A stretch of DNA of 64,000 nt from contig JAUCBJ010006703.1 of assembly GCA_032718475.1 (NCBI GenBank), positions 46,875-110,874 on the forward strand, in the 5' to 3' direction. The position numbers were made by a program, and so were the translations under genes. Source of the DNA: Nemertoderma westbladi (taxonomy: Eukaryota > Animalia > Xenacoelomorpha). Within the stretch, counting starts at the first letter, position 1; each line of letters begins with the position of its first letter. Below the pieces are notes generated by a model that saw nothing but the letters and a program-made list of their open reading frames with translations, made no database searches and was not told the DNA's origin. Below, piece after piece: positions 41,829-54,639 of the stretch.

Positions 41829-43372
41829 GCAAACCTGGCCCATACCATTTCCGGTTAACAACTCCCTGTTAATTCTCCTAGTCGTTCTGTTTGAATATGC
41901 TATTGCGGTGGTCCATTACTCATTGTACCTCTAGATTACTCCTCAGGAATGTTCCAGAACATTATTTAATATTCAATCACGTATTAATATAAGAGTTTGC
42001 AAAACACCTTATCATTATATTCTCTAGTCAGAACATCCTATGTGCTATTGAAATATGTCGAGTTTGCTTTTATTAGTGATATGGCAGAAGACATTAACAC
42101 ACTGTGATATGGTAGAACACACTATCACGTTGAGATAGGGTATTCTGCCACATAATAATATGGTACATTGTTCCAAAAACGCATACATAGGGTATTATTC
42201 ACGAAATTGAGTCTGTAACCTGTAACGGGTGGAGAATTTGGAAATACGGTAAAACGGACAACACCACGAGAAAGAAAACCCTTGATTTGCCCAGGATCGA
42301 TCGAAATCGTAAAATTTGAGATAGGGTATTCTACTGTACCTTCTGACGGCAGAATTGTACCGATGCTAAGGCTCACCTGGACTTCGTGGCTCCCCCCACA
42401 CAGTTGCCTAAGGGAGAGTGGGGGTCGGTTGGCGGCATGTGATAGATGTGAGGTTTAATTGTGATGGGAACGATGTTATTAAATCGGTTGCACGTGCAAA
42501 TATATTTACATGGGTCCTACGGGAAGCACCAAGAAGTCGACCTTTGATCTAGGTGATAATTAAATTGTGTCGGTAAATATTTGCTTCAGCCATTCACAGG
42601 CTACATTGCTTTTGGTTTCGGCCAATCATGGTATTACTTTATGTTAAACTGACAGATTTCCTGATCTTATCGGAAATTTTTATCTAAAAGGGACCCGCTT
42701 CTGGTGACCTTTGTCATTTGATCAATACCTCGGGATGAGATTAAGTGACCCTACTGCCATCTTGATTCCAACGGCCCCCCTTCCGACCGTTTGGGAGAGT
42801 AGAGTTAATTTTCAGTATAACAAATGGTGCGATTGGAGTATAAGTACTAGTATTCCTGAGAGCTGTCTTGCATGCCTGGGCCTGCACGGTACGACCCCTG
42901 TCCAGACGAGAAAGGAGCAGTAGTGTTCGCAGTGCCAACATTTTTCCCAAGAGTTAGTTCTGCCTCGATCATTTACGGTTACGTACTTCAAAAACGGATG
43001 GTTGCGGTTACATTGTTTTGAAAATCATATTTTATGGATTGTTGATTTATGTTATTATTTTTCACAAAATCAGTAAAATGCGTACTTTTTATTCTCCCGG
43101 ATAATAACGTACTCCTTCCCGGGTCCCAATATTTTAATGCTTTTACAGTGAACTCGTTTCTTCATTTATCAGAAGAGTTTTCTTTGAATATTAACATTAA
43201 TGCCCTACCTGGAAAAAATAAAAGTTGGAAAATATACTTAATATATTTTAACAGGAGCTATTCGTCCGTGACCCGTATAATACTGCATAGATACTCATTC
43301 GATAGATCCCGAAACAGTTTTTACTTGAAAAAGTTCTAGCAGCGATAGGCTGCCCAAAAATCCCATCACAAC

Positions 43373-43800
43373 CTACTACTACTACGATTGGCATGCTGCA
43401 TTGCAGCTGCATTGTATTACATATATATTAAGAATGCTGTACCGGCTTGTCGACAAAATTGCGCCGCCACAACTCCCTATCACCCATGACATTTGCTAGA
43501 TCATCCGTATCTTCAAGGCCAGTGTCCTGTAAGATGCATCTCAAGAAAGTCATTGTATGTCCATTATCTTATTCACTCCATGAGGCCGCCAAAGCACAAG
43601 ATTATGTACTGGCTGGTCCTCGCGGCGTCCGCCAAAGCACAAGATTATGTACTGGCTGGTCCTCGCGGCGTCCGCCAAAGCACAAGATTATGTACTGGCT
43701 GGTGCTCGCGGCGAAAGCAATGTCCTGCAAAGCGGAGGCGGTTCCGTTCAAGTGTCAAGCTAGGGTACACTAATGGAACACCTCCAATGTTGTATAGAGT
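43373..43800 (-). mobile_element. 5'-truncated RTE-clade LINE 3' end (decayed), with an internal 43-bp triplication at 43586-43712
   Basis: The minus strand translates as RNRLRFAGHCFRREHQPVHNLVLWR and LQDTGLEDTDDLANVMGDRELWR, typical of the RTE ORF C-terminus. A (GTA)n tail is at 43373-43385. Confidence 0.75.
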
Positions 43801-44959
43801 CTGATTTATATATATGCCTTACAAGAAGGCGGTAGGGTAGATCTATATTGACAAGCTGTAAAGAATTACTATTGGAAATTGCCCCATGCTCGTACTAATG
43901 GGGCGAGCCCTGCAAAATGTGTTTAAAAAATATAAGGTAATAAACACACAAAGCTATTATTAATTAACAGGATAACATTATAGAAATATAACAAATCACA
44001 GCAAATTGAACAATTGCACAAATTAATACATTGGCTAATATTAAAGCAGAACTATATTGGCCCAAATATTTTCATCACATTATAAACAATAATAATATAT
44101 GTTATATGGTACAGCACTACATACAGTTAAATAATAATACGAGTTTATAATGAAATTAATTTTCTGGAAATATTTGAAAGCCTAGATTGTCAAAATATGA
44201 TTATTTCAATACTAAGGGAAATATGACAGAAGCGAGGGAATAAATAAATCACAAAACACAAACGACGTTACTATTTAGGCCCGGGGCAAACATGAGCTTA
44301 TAACATTAAATTAAAATATAGAACATACGTTGTAGCCTTCTCACAAAAACAGTAAACTTGTAAACTTTCCAAATGCTCTAGTCCTATGTTCTATCTTTCT
44401 TGAAAGCTATTTATGTGTAAACCGTGAAAGATCGAAGTTCATTTGTGACTCGGACCTTATCAATTTGTATAGGATAACTACATTAAAATGGTAACTTAAC
44501 TAGCAACAAATAGGTGACACATATAGAATAAAGTAATTAAAGATTACTGAATGACACTAATTGAACACAGTAAAGCAGTTCACAATAAAAGTTAAAGCAA
44601 CAAAACAATATTGGGAGAAGAAAATCAAAAATTAGTAAATTTCATAAAATAAAATGAAATAGTTTCGTTTTCAAATAAAAAATGCCGACTTATCAGCGAT
44701 CCAATGAAATCTCCAAAACGGCTAACGGGTGCAACGCTGTAAAGTATCACTTTGCAGCGTTACGGCTGAAAAGTTACCAAACTTGAGTAATACTTCTTTC
44801 TCCATTGCACAAGCCTGGATGACAACAATATATTCCAAGTGTAAGATTGTTTAGCTAGCAGTAGGTTGTTGTAGAAACTGCAAGTTGCAAAAAGGATATA
44901 AATTCCATCAACATTTCTTACGTGTTTACAATATTAAAGATTGATTGATTGACATAGCA

Positions 44960-45201
44960 CTGTATGTGGATTTGATTTTGGTGGTGAATTTAATTTGGGT
45001 GATAGAAGTAAATTCGCGTGACGAGGGATAGGGGTGTCATTACAATTAATCAAGATTTCAGACTACAGTTACATTCTCACAGTACTTACACTAAAATTTA
45101 CAGTCCACCTCGTCATTGTTCGGCTTGGTGTGAATTTACCAATATGTATTCCTCTACAAAATAAAGAAATATCAAATTCACCACTTTAAATCCACATACA
45201 G
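44960..45201. mobile_element. ~240-bp MITE, Tc1/mariner-like
   Basis: TIRs CTGTATGTGGATTT...GTGGTGAATTT and AAATTCACCAC...AAATCCACATACAG. The right flank is TA and the left flank is CA (imperfect TSD). Confidence 0.55.
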
Positions 45202-45873
45202 TAACAGAAACAACACTACGTACCTACATAGGTAATTGTAGGAAAGACGCACTGCATACCTTCAGCATTAAACGACAGTTGTTGTTTATTTAAAATATGT
45301 ACGTCTCTCACTAGCGTTGAAAAGTGCTACTTGAGAACACACAAATTATACAGTATGTGAAGCAGAAAAGAAAGAAAATTAATATGAAACTGGAAGTTAG
45401 GTAGTGGAAGATGTGATAATGAGGGGTCAGACGGTGCAGTTGTGACGAAGTTTTATTTAATGCTACGTAGATATAAAACGGTGGGGATAAAACATTCAAA
45501 CTGAGTTTGTATTTTAAGTAGAAATATAATATTTTAACGTAAGTAACGTTAGTCTTGTTGTGTAATACTTTACAAAGTTAGATCGTGAAAAAATCAAAAT
45601 TAGCTTCGCACTTAGCTTTCGATGAATATAGGTTGTAAGCTTTGAGTATCAATAATATCTTAAAGTTAAACGCAAAGAACTATAATCGTTAATAAAATCA
45701 AAAAAATTATGCAGCAAAAATGTTAAATCTGATGACTAATAAATATTTCTTCATCTAGTTTATTATTACGGGGCAATTGAATGACTAAAGTCGCCTAGCA
45801 AAAAAAAAACACGACGCAAAAAGGGTAATAATAAGCACTGGAATCTAATGGCGTAACTGCAAAAGTCTCTTCC

Positions 45874-48045
45874 TCATGGCAGAGGGCGCTGCTCAAGAAC
45901 AAAAAGAATGCGATTGGCTAACTCCTTAACATAGTGAATATCCTCAACCAATCGGTTCACAGTATCCCTAACATCACCAATATAACTAGAAGAAGGACAG
46001 ACAACCAAACTGCCGACACCACAGACGCTACCAGCTAGCCACACGAGCAGTAGATGACGCTCAAAGACGCTCAGGTTGGAATGGAAGGGCGGCAGACCAA
46101 CGTGCAATGCGTTAGGGGCGTCTGTCGTCGCGTCTAGAGAGAAGGTGCGTGCGAAAGCGTCCATAGATAGACGCGTTCGGGTGTAGCTAATCTCCTCCCT
46201 CATCGAGTATCGAATCACGGGACTCTCCTCCGTCCCGCGTATCAACTCCTCCTTCGCCTCCACGCTATCTTCCTCAGCGTTTCCCGATCTCTTCTTATTC
46301 TTCTTGGAGCTTCCGCAAGAGAACCCCGCTATCCGTAAACCCAACCCCACGATCATATCGATGATCGCCGAGGTTATATCGCAAATCGCTTCGAATATAA
46401 TCCCCGGAAGAGATCGACGCCGGGAAGACGATTGTCGGTTCTTGGGATCGCCGTTGGATGGCGTCGTGGACCGGTCGCCTAGTAACGGAGCCACCTCTTC
46501 CCCGGTATCAGCCGCGTTAGAGTGTTTGCCAACCATTGTCGACGTGATATCCTCGGGACTGGCAACCGAATGATCCACTGTCTGCTTGTCGGACGACCGG
46601 CTTTCCTTCCTGTACTTACCGCGTCTAGGTTTCCGCGGATGAGAGAGGATTCGTTGCACAATATCGCTGGCTAGACGACTCGCGTACCCCTCTATGGTCG
46701 CCAAGACGACGGGGGTTACACGACCCGCGAAGTAACGGACCGCCTTAGCGACGGCGGCCCGGGCGATCTGATTGGCCAACTCGACGGCGTACCGGTCCAC
46801 CCGTCTGTGCGGCCGTTCCGTGGCGGTCTCCTCGCTGATGTCCGGCAGGAAGGCCGACGGTTCCGGACCCCACAGACTCCCCGTCGTGCCGGAACTGAAA
46901 CTCCCGACGCTCACCGAGGCGTTGCTGGTTAGACTGCTGCTGCGACGCGCGCTCCCGTCGCTCGTTACGCTGCTGGACTTCATGTAACGCCGACAACGGG
47001 TCGCCGTGCGCGCCGAAGTCGCATAGATAGCCGCGTCCATCGCCGAAGCGACCAAATTATCGGCGTAAACGTGGAGCAACGATTCGTCTTCATCCTCTAG
47101 GATCGTGGAAAGATAGCTGACCAAGGAGTCGCTGGTTACCATGGAAGCGGCGTCCCGTTGCCTAGTTACCGTGCGCAACGCGTCGAACAGGATCGCGCGG
47201 GACAGCTGCTCGGCGAGCTGCATGTAGACACCCTGCCGGCTCCTCTTGCGTGGCGACATCGATCGTTCGTCTCGGAACGCGGAACTGATAACATCCGAGG
47301 ACAGACGACTGCTGTACCCCTCCCGGTTGCCACGACACCCGGGGGCGCCCGCCTTGTGAGCACCCGGTCCATCCCGATTGAGGTCGGAATCCTCCTCGTT
47401 GGTCCGATCCAACAACTCCGACTCGCAGCTGTGCAGCGCGGTGAACGCTCTGTAGAACGAGCTGCGGACCAGTTGGCTAGCGAACTGGTCGATAGACGCG
47501 GCGTGTCTCCCGGGCGGTTCACCTACCTTCCCGATCTGTTCTTCAACCTTTCCCGCGCGTTTCGCCCGCAATTTGCGCGCAATCTCCCGCCTCGCCGACA
47601 CTAGCGAGGCTCCCAACAAGCGATCCACGTAAGCGTCAACACTCTTTCGCGCGAAACCCGGAACGCTTTTCTTCTGGACTCGAAGTCGTTCCACGCCGTC
47701 GGACTGTTGAGAAACCGCGGCACACTGGTTCCCGTTCCGGGAAACCTCGTCTACCGTGATAACCACTGTCTCCTTGCGATCAACATCCTCCTCGTAAACC
47801 GTTACCTTTATGTTCGAGGTGAAGTTATCCTCAACGTCCTCGCGACCCGGTTTCTTCGAGAAGGCCCGGATGAGGGCCTGTAGTTGCAGTAGTAATTCCC
47901 CCGGGTCATCGGCTAGCACAGGAGGGGGCGTGGCTATAGACACATTCGCCAAGGGGCACTGGCCCGGCTTGGGACACAACGACAGAGCACTGGCAGGTGC
48001 CTCACTGAGCCGGAGTAGACTCCAACTGATGTTATCCGCATCCAT
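45874..48045 (-). CDS. A-kinase anchoring protein-like (AKAP11/SPHKAP/AKAP110 family-like), 723 aa from the first ATG, single coding exon in the window
   Basis: 2.2-kb GC-rich ORF in AT-rich flanks. Repeated amphipathic helices (IDQFASQLVRSSF, LAEQLSRAILFDAL, YADNLVASAMDAAI, YAVELANQIARAAV, IEGYASRLASDIVQRIL). The C-terminal LLVWLAGSVCGV...VKELANRILF resembles the family's LQWIAAS...VGDIFHAV domain. PKA sites RRSS and RRSL are present. The track's TTG start at 48075 was replaced by the ATG at 48045. Confidence 0.7.
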   Translation of the reverse strand: MDADNISWSLLRLSEAPASALSLCPKPGQCPLANVSIATPPPVLADDPGELLLQLQALIRAFSKKPGREDVEDNFTSNIKVTVYEEDVDRKETVVITVDEVSRNGNQCAAVSQQSDGVERLRVQKKSVPGFARKSVDAYVDRLLGASLVSARREIARKLRAKRAGKVEEQIGKVGEPPGRHAASIDQFASQLVRSSFYRAFTALHSCESELLDRTNEEDSDLNRDGPGAHKAGAPGCRGNREGYSSRLSSDVISSAFRDERSMSPRKRSRQGVYMQLAEQLSRAILFDALRTVTRQRDAASMVTSDSLVSYLSTILEDEDESLLHVYADNLVASAMDAAIYATSARTATRCRRYMKSSSVTSDGSARRSSSLTSNASVSVGSFSSGTTGSLWGPEPSAFLPDISEETATERPHRRVDRYAVELANQIARAAVAKAVRYFAGRVTPVVLATIEGYASRLASDIVQRILSHPRKPRRGKYRKESRSSDKQTVDHSVASPEDITSTMVGKHSNAADTGEEVAPLLGDRSTTPSNGDPKNRQSSSRRRSLPGIIFEAICDITSAIIDMIVGLGLRIAGFSCGSSKKNKKRSGNAEEDSVEAKEELIRGTEESPVIRYSMREEISYTRTRLSMDAFARTFSLDATTDAPNALHVGLPPFHSNLSVFERHLLLVWLAGSVCGVGSLVVCPSSSYIGDVRDTVNRLVEDIHYVKELANRILFVLEQRPLP

Positions 48046-48254
48046 TAATGCAACACTAAACAATCGCGATGACAAAAATATTGAAAAAAAAATACTAAAA
48101 GATTATACAAGATTGTCAAAAATTGCACAAAAAATGTTGAGAAAAGGTTGTGTTAAAAAATGTATAAAATATGATAAAAAATTAGTGAGTGACCTTATTA
48201 CTAATATTACATTAATTGTGACCCCAATATAAATAGAACTTAGTAATGCCCGGG

Positions 48255-48540
48255 ACTATTTCATTGGTCGTCGCTTTGAATTAATCCTGAGATTGTGTGA
48301 GACCAGCCTTCTGCTTACGACTGAGCTGGAATGCCGACTTCCCGATTGGTTGTGTGATTCTTGAGGCCAAATAAATCAGTGGCTCAGACAATGCGCGCCT
48401 ATCCTCTATGTGAGCTTCAAAGTGACGTATCTTTTCTCGTTGAGCCCAGGCTGAAATAAGACCAATGAAAAAATGTATTATTGGAATTGGTTTCTATTGA
48501 AGTAAAGTATTCAACTAGTTCACAAAAATGACGCAATACG
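48255..48540 (-). promoter_or_regulatory. Candidate promoter of the AKAP-like gene (CCAAT boxes and CRE half-sites)
   Basis: ATTGG/CCAAT at ~48263, ~48346, ~48462 and ~48480; TGACG at ~48423 and ~48529. A possible 5'-UTR intron runs from donor GTAAGC at 48318 to acceptor TTTAG at 48056. Confidence 0.35.
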
Positions 48541-50092
48541 TATTGAACTATGAAACATTTACTCACTCCATTTCGATTTAAAGTATGTAAAAGTATACAT
48601 CACTTTATATTACAACAATTACTCCATATAACATTATTTTACTACTTTTTTTTAAAACAATAGACAAGACTGAGAGATTAACCTTTACACATGAGAAATT
48701 GACAATTAATATGTATACTATAATGTATACTGATATTGTAGTTATGAAATTTGGTAATCAGACAGACCGCCTAATAAATTATTCGAGAACTAATTCTGCG
48801 AAATAAAGTTGTACTGAATAAGGTTATTTAGTAAACCTTGTGTAAAACATATAAATAAAAACTGTGAAAGATTTGCGGTAAATTTTTTATAGCGCTCAAT
48901 GTAAATCACGAATAATAAATTAATATTATACAATTCAATTAGCCACTTAGTTAACGTGAGCGGGTTGAGGGTTATAAAATGTATCAAATTACTCAATAAC
49001 AAGTATTATACCACAACACACGCAGACTGAAATCAACCTCTGGACTTTGCCAAGATAAGACAATATAATTTCCATCGCATTCAACAATGACACGGCTGAT
49101 TAATTCACAGCGAAAATAAGCCAGTCACACAAAGCAATAGGTTGATCAGCTTTGCAAAAATAATTTAGGTAATTACCGGTATGTCATTCATAGCTGACAG
49201 TCATAGAATTCAGTTAAGATATACAAGCGCCCACACAATAATGAAAACGCAACAAAGTTGATTTGGATATATTATAGAATATGGCTTTAAAATACTATAT
49301 AGTAAAATAAATAATTTAAGTAAAACTTTAATGGGTACAATAAGAAAATTACTCTTTTAAAAATAAACAACGCCGTATTTATTTATTAATATAAGACATT
49401 CTACAGCGAATAGCATTAAATTCCCAGAAGCCAATTATATTTGTTCCTGAGAGTAACATGTCAGGGGGGTAGAAGAGCGACCGGGATTGTCGCAGAGGGC
49501 TACTGCCCTTGGTAACCTTCCTGCCGAGATGAGAGGAATGAAGCAGCGAACTTCATTAGCGAAGTAATGTCAGGTTTCGGATTAATACGCGCGCCCGATA
49601 AAACCTCTCAAAGGTAATAGGTAACGACGTTAAAAGCTACAAAACCTTAGAAAGAATAATTCCTAGAGAGATAAGGACCGTTGGAGATACGAAGGTTACA
49701 TACGCGATCCAATAATCCCATATCGTAACAACACATTCTCGCAAGCTAGAATGCCCTAATTCGAAAGAAATATTCCGGAGATAATTCTCGGAATAATATA
49801 AGACGGTTTGTTTTATTAACTTTATGTCTTTGAACTTCTAGTTATTTGAAGAGGATTCAGGTTTCCGGCTTTCTTTGCTGTTAGTGTTTGGATTAAGCAA
49901 GCTTTATAATAGGAACATGGGCTTGAGCACGTCTCCTAGTGGTACATCAGGCTAGGGTCGAAAAATCAGCTACTTGAACAAAAGATAGAGAAAAAGAAGA
50001 ACCAACCTGTAGAAATGTAAAGAGTCACTACAGATTACTACTACAGTGAGCGTATCCACTGAGCATTCTGAGTAAACAGTGTAAACAGGGTA

Positions 50093-50667
50093 CGGGATAA
50101 TCATGGGAATGGATGGACGTTTGTAACAAACGTGATAATCATGGGAATGGATGGACGTTTGTAACAAACGGGATGATCATGGGAATGGATGGACGTTTGT
50201 AACAAACGGGATAATCATGGGAATGGATGGACGTTTGTAACAAACGGGATAATCATGGGAATGGATGGACGTTTGTAACAAACGGGATGATAATGGGAAT
50301 GGATGGACGTTTGTAACAAACGGGATAATCATGGGAATGGATGGACGTTTGTAACAAACGGGATGATAATGGGAATGGATGGACGTTTGTAACAAACGGG
50401 ATAATCATGGGAATGGATGGACGTTTGTAACAAACGGGAGGGATGATCATGGGAATGGATGGACGTTTGTAACAAACGGGATAATCATGGGAATGGATGG
50501 ACGTTTGTAACAAACGGGAGGGATGATCATGGGAATGGATGGACGTTTGTAACAAACGGGATAATCATGGGAATGGATGGACGTTTGTAACAAACGGGAT
50601 AATCATGGGAATGGATGGACGTTTGTAACAAACGGGATAATCATGGGAATGGATGGACGTTTGTAAC
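50093..50667. repeat. 38-bp minisatellite, ~15 near-identical copies (CGGGATAATCATGGGAATGGATGGACGTTTGTAACAAA)
   Basis: Read directly; two units carry a GGGA insertion. Confidence 0.97.
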
Positions 50668-50874
50668 TCAGCAGCTCAGCAGAGAAATTCTGTCAATGCA
50701 TTAAATTGGTGTGACAGGTAATTCCGATAAGTCCTTTTGCACTTTAGACCCAAAACAACGTCGAATCTATAAATTCCAGGGTCATATGATTGCATCATTT
50801 GATGGGAATCCCAAGACAACAGTAATATGATAACGTAACACACTATATAGACCAAGAAAGAATACATGAGGGTA

Positions 50875-51133
50875 GGCACTGCTGGATAAGTAAAGACGAG
50901 TTCATACCAGATCTACTTTCTACTTTCCGTTCCAACACAAGGAAAGCGTTCCCGTGGACGACTTTTTTATATACCTTTTCACGACTTTTTTTACGATTTT
51001 ATATAGACCAACTCGAAAGGGGTACTACTGAACTTGAGAGAAACGAAATTGCGACAACTATGGAGAATCGGGAATCCTGGAAGGATCTAATTTCCTCTGT
51101 CCGAGATCGCACGACCTAGTAGTAGTAGTAGTA
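50875..51133 (+). mobile_element. 5'-truncated RTE-clade LINE 3' end (decayed)
   Basis: Translates as HCWISKDEFIPDLL, PTQGKRSRGR and YIDQLERGTTELERNEIATTMENRESWK, followed by a (TAG)n tail. Confidence 0.75.
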
Positions 51134-51725
51134 CCATATCAAACCGTGTACGAAGAATATCTCTCCGACGGATTTTATAAACTCCATTTATAGTGCTTTA
51201 AGACAATAAATTGTGTTAAGCAGGTATCCTATTTAAGTAATTTAATATGTTGCGATTTATCAGATGGGAGATGAGGATACGAATAAAATAAAGTCCTCTA
51301 TACATTATCGTGGTAACATTTTAGTAAAGTTTTTTAAAAAACGTAAAAATACATCTTTTTAAAACGTATTGTTATAGTTTTTACTTTGTATAGTTAGTAC
51401 TCTTTGGTGAATTTTTCGAGTTGAACGCTTGAGGCCGGTTAAAGTTGCATACAACAATTTACAAAGTCGACTTGAGATTGTTATTTAGTTACACCCATTT
51501 AGATGACACGGAAACTAATTTTACAGAGAACCGTATAAATAATGCCTTTTTTACGTAATTCGACATTTTCCCTCTTATATCGTGTCCATAACTCAAAAAT
51601 GGTTTAATCTCACAATGTGTGAGATATCTTAGTGTTAGTGGACAGGTGGAATAAGGTTCTAGGTTGTACTAGTAAACCATGTAACTTTATAACAACAAAA
51701 AATATGAGTTAAATTCTTGAATTCT

Positions 51726-52335
51726 CCAAACCTGTTGGGTTACAACACAAATCCTGTTGGGTTACAATACAAAACCTGTTGGGTTACAACACCAAACCTG
51801 TTGGGTTACAACACCAAACCTGTTGGGTTACAACACAAAACCTGTTGGGTTACAACACAAAACCTGTTGGGTTACAACACCAAACCTGTTGGGTTACAAC
51901 ACAAAACCTGTTGGGTTACAACACCAAACCGATTGGGTTACAACACAAAACCTGTTGGGTTACAACACCAAACCGATTGGGTTACAACAACACCAAACCT
52001 GTTGGGTTACAACACAAAACCTGTTGGGTTACAACACAAAACCTGTTGGGTTACAACACCAAACCTGTTGGGTTACAACACAAAACCTGTTGGGTTACAA
52101 CACCAAACCGATTGGGTTACAACATCAGACCTGTTGGGATACAACACAAAAGCGATTGGGTTACAACATAAAACCTGTTTGGTTACAACACCTAACCTGT
52201 TGGGTTACAACACCAAACCGATTGTGTTACAACACCAAATCGATTGGGTTACAACACCAAATCGATTGGGTTACAACACCAAACCGATTGGGTTACAACA
52301 CCAAACATGTTGGGTTACAACACCAAAGCAGCTGT
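51726..52335. repeat. 22-bp minisatellite, ~27 copies (AAACCTGTTGGGTTACAACACM)
   Basis: Read directly; homogeneous on the left and decaying to the right. Confidence 0.97.
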
Positions 52336-53021
52336 GTACAACCCCAAACCGATTCCCACGCCCAATCGTTGGAAAATAAATATTTTACTAACCAATAGCG
52401 TCTGTTATATCAGCCAGGATAGTTGCATCGCCACTCAGTGCGATAACAGCAGCTACTGCGGGTTCTTTCCTATCCTGGGTTTTGTCGATATCTTTCTTAG
52501 CAGCTTCTATTGCTTTAAAGGAGTCAATATCGGTTGGACAATAAACAAATAGAAAACCATCGCCGATGTGGGAATACTACAAATATTAATTATATAGACT
52601 AAAATAACATACCAGTACAAGATTAGTACTGATACCAAACTGTAGGGTAGGATAGGTAGATGAATTATTGGCAATGGCGGTGCGGTATAACATTGGCTCA
52701 TCACATAAGTTTTTAGAAAAATACATGACTACATTTTAGAAATATAATTATTTATTTCATGGGAAAAAAGTGGAACTTTTTTCATTCTTGAGATATTTTA
52801 TTTACCGAGCTCCGTATATATCTCCTTTACCTATAAAGGGTAGAGAGAGATATTATGTTCTACGTTTTTTCTCATGTAATACGTAATTTTATTTTTAAAT
52901 TGGCACATTCTTTGTTGCTTAATACTTTTATTAAAAAAATGTTTCGCAGGGTAAAAAGTAAAATCATTTCCTTAGGGGAAAAGGTATATAAAATTTTTTC
53001 CCGATTTAGGAGTATATAAAT

Positions 53022-54639
53022 GTGGCGGTGAAAGCGAAAAGGTACCTTAAGGTGAAAATGTCATTTTGAGAAAATCGCACTTAAAGAAAAATTAAATTTT
53101 CAAGTCAAAATTTTAAATTTTTTTATTTTCAATGTGATAATGCAGTTTTTAATGAGGAATCCAAATCTGTTAACGGCTAGCTTAGTTTTGGAGATAATCA
53201 GCTTTGATTGAGAGTAGTCAGAAGTTTTGAAATTTAAATTTCATTCCCGATAGATATTATGTTGTTCTATGTAGATTTACTCTTATAAATTAATTTATAT
53301 GCCTTATTATTCCAATAGTTGTCTGTTTATCTGTCAAGTGTTGTCAGTCATTTTAGAAATTATTAGATCTTGGCTCAAAAATTATAATTTTGATGGTATA
53401 AGCGTTTTCGAGGTCGTTGAACACGATAAAACATCTTAAAAATATTTTCTGGTAATGCAGCCATCATTTTTGGTGCTATTTTGGACCCCCAGGACGAAAA
53501 GTACTTAAGTAAAAAAATGTCAAATTAAAAAATGTTGTGTTTCGATTGATAATTCTGAATGTATGCGGGTTTTTGAGGTTTGTTGTTCACGTGCTGCTCG
53601 AAGTCCCAGACCAGATAACTAGCTACCTTAGTTGTTCACGTGCTGCTCGAAGTCTCAAACAAGATAACTAGATAGCTTTGTTGTTTACGTGCTGCTCGAA
53701 GTCCCAAACTAAATAAAAACGTAGCATATTTGTGCACGTCCTGCTCGAAGTCCCAGACTAGATAACTAGCTACCTTTGTTGTTCACGTGCTGCTCGAAGT
53801 CCCAGACTAGTCTACTATAACTAGCTACCTTTATTGTTCACGTGCTGCTCGAAGTCTCAAACTAGATAACTAGCTAGCTTTGTTGTTCACGTGCTGCTCG
53901 AAGTCCCAAACTAGATAACTAGCTACCTTAGTGGTTTACGTGCTGCTCGAAGTCCCAAATTAGACAACCATAGTACCTTAGTTGTTCATGTGCTGCTCGA
54001 AGTCTCAAACTAGTTAACTAGCTAGCTTTGTTGTTCACGTGCTGCTCGAAGTCCCAAACTAGATAACTAGCTACCTTAGTGGTTTACGTGCTGCTCGAAG
54101 TCCCAAATTAGACAACCATAGTACCTTAGTTATTCACGTACTGCTCGAAGTCTCAAACTAGATAACTAGCTACCCTAGTTGTTCATGTGCTGCTCGGAGT
54201 CCCTGCCTTAGATAATCATCCAGCTTAGTTGATCACGTGCTGCTCGAAGTCCCAGGTTAGAAAAAAAAGGCAGCATAGTTGTTCATTAGTTTGCTAATGT
54301 ACATTCCTATTACACGTTTTGCCCCTCAAGCCTCAACATCACAAAACAACACCAGACCCACTCCGATTTAGCAAACTCACTTTCAAGATATTTTGTAAGT
54401 AATCCCTACTACTATTAAAATTAAAATACAACAAAATCTTTAAATACGATTTACTCGTAATAGTATATTTTCCATCTGGTTGTCGTGCCAATACTTAAAT
54501 TCTAATAACTCTTGATGTACTAATCCAATCAGGATAATTTATAGCTCATTAGAGAGCTGAGATTGTGGCCAATCACATGCAATATCTAACTCAAAAACCT
54601 CATTTTCACCTTAAGGTACCTTTTCGCTTTCACAGCCAC
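53022..54639. mobile_element. Non-autonomous DNA transposon, Sola1-like (~40-bp TIR, 4-bp AAAT TSD)
   Basis: GTGGCGGTGAAAGCGAAAAGGTACCTTAAGGTGAAAATG pairs with CATTTTCACCTTAAGGTACCTTTTCGCTTTCACAGCCAC. AAAT is at 53018-53021 and 54640-54643, and an AWWT TSD is characteristic of Sola1. Confidence 0.75.
53582..54285. repeat. 49-bp minisatellite (~14 copies) inside the Sola1-like element
   Basis: Unit GTTGTTCACGTGCTGCTCGAAGTCCCAAACTAGATAACTAGCTACCTTA. Confidence 0.95.

Noticed and set aside
40016-41934. Gly/Val-rich small ORFs
   Set aside because: They are translations of the second satellite.
42340-42960. GC-richer non-coding stretch considered as a possible SINE or ncRNA (also 49440-49800)
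   Set aside because: No A/B boxes, cloverleaf or recognisable RNA family could be identified by eye.
51717-52552. ORFs of 100-220 aa over the 22-bp repeat
   Set aside because: All three frames give the same cycling peptide, which is a minisatellite artefact.
50093-54285. CRISPR-like appearance of the 38-, 22- and 49-bp arrays
   Set aside because: Units are head-to-tail with no unique spacers, there are no cas genes, and the context is eukaryotic.
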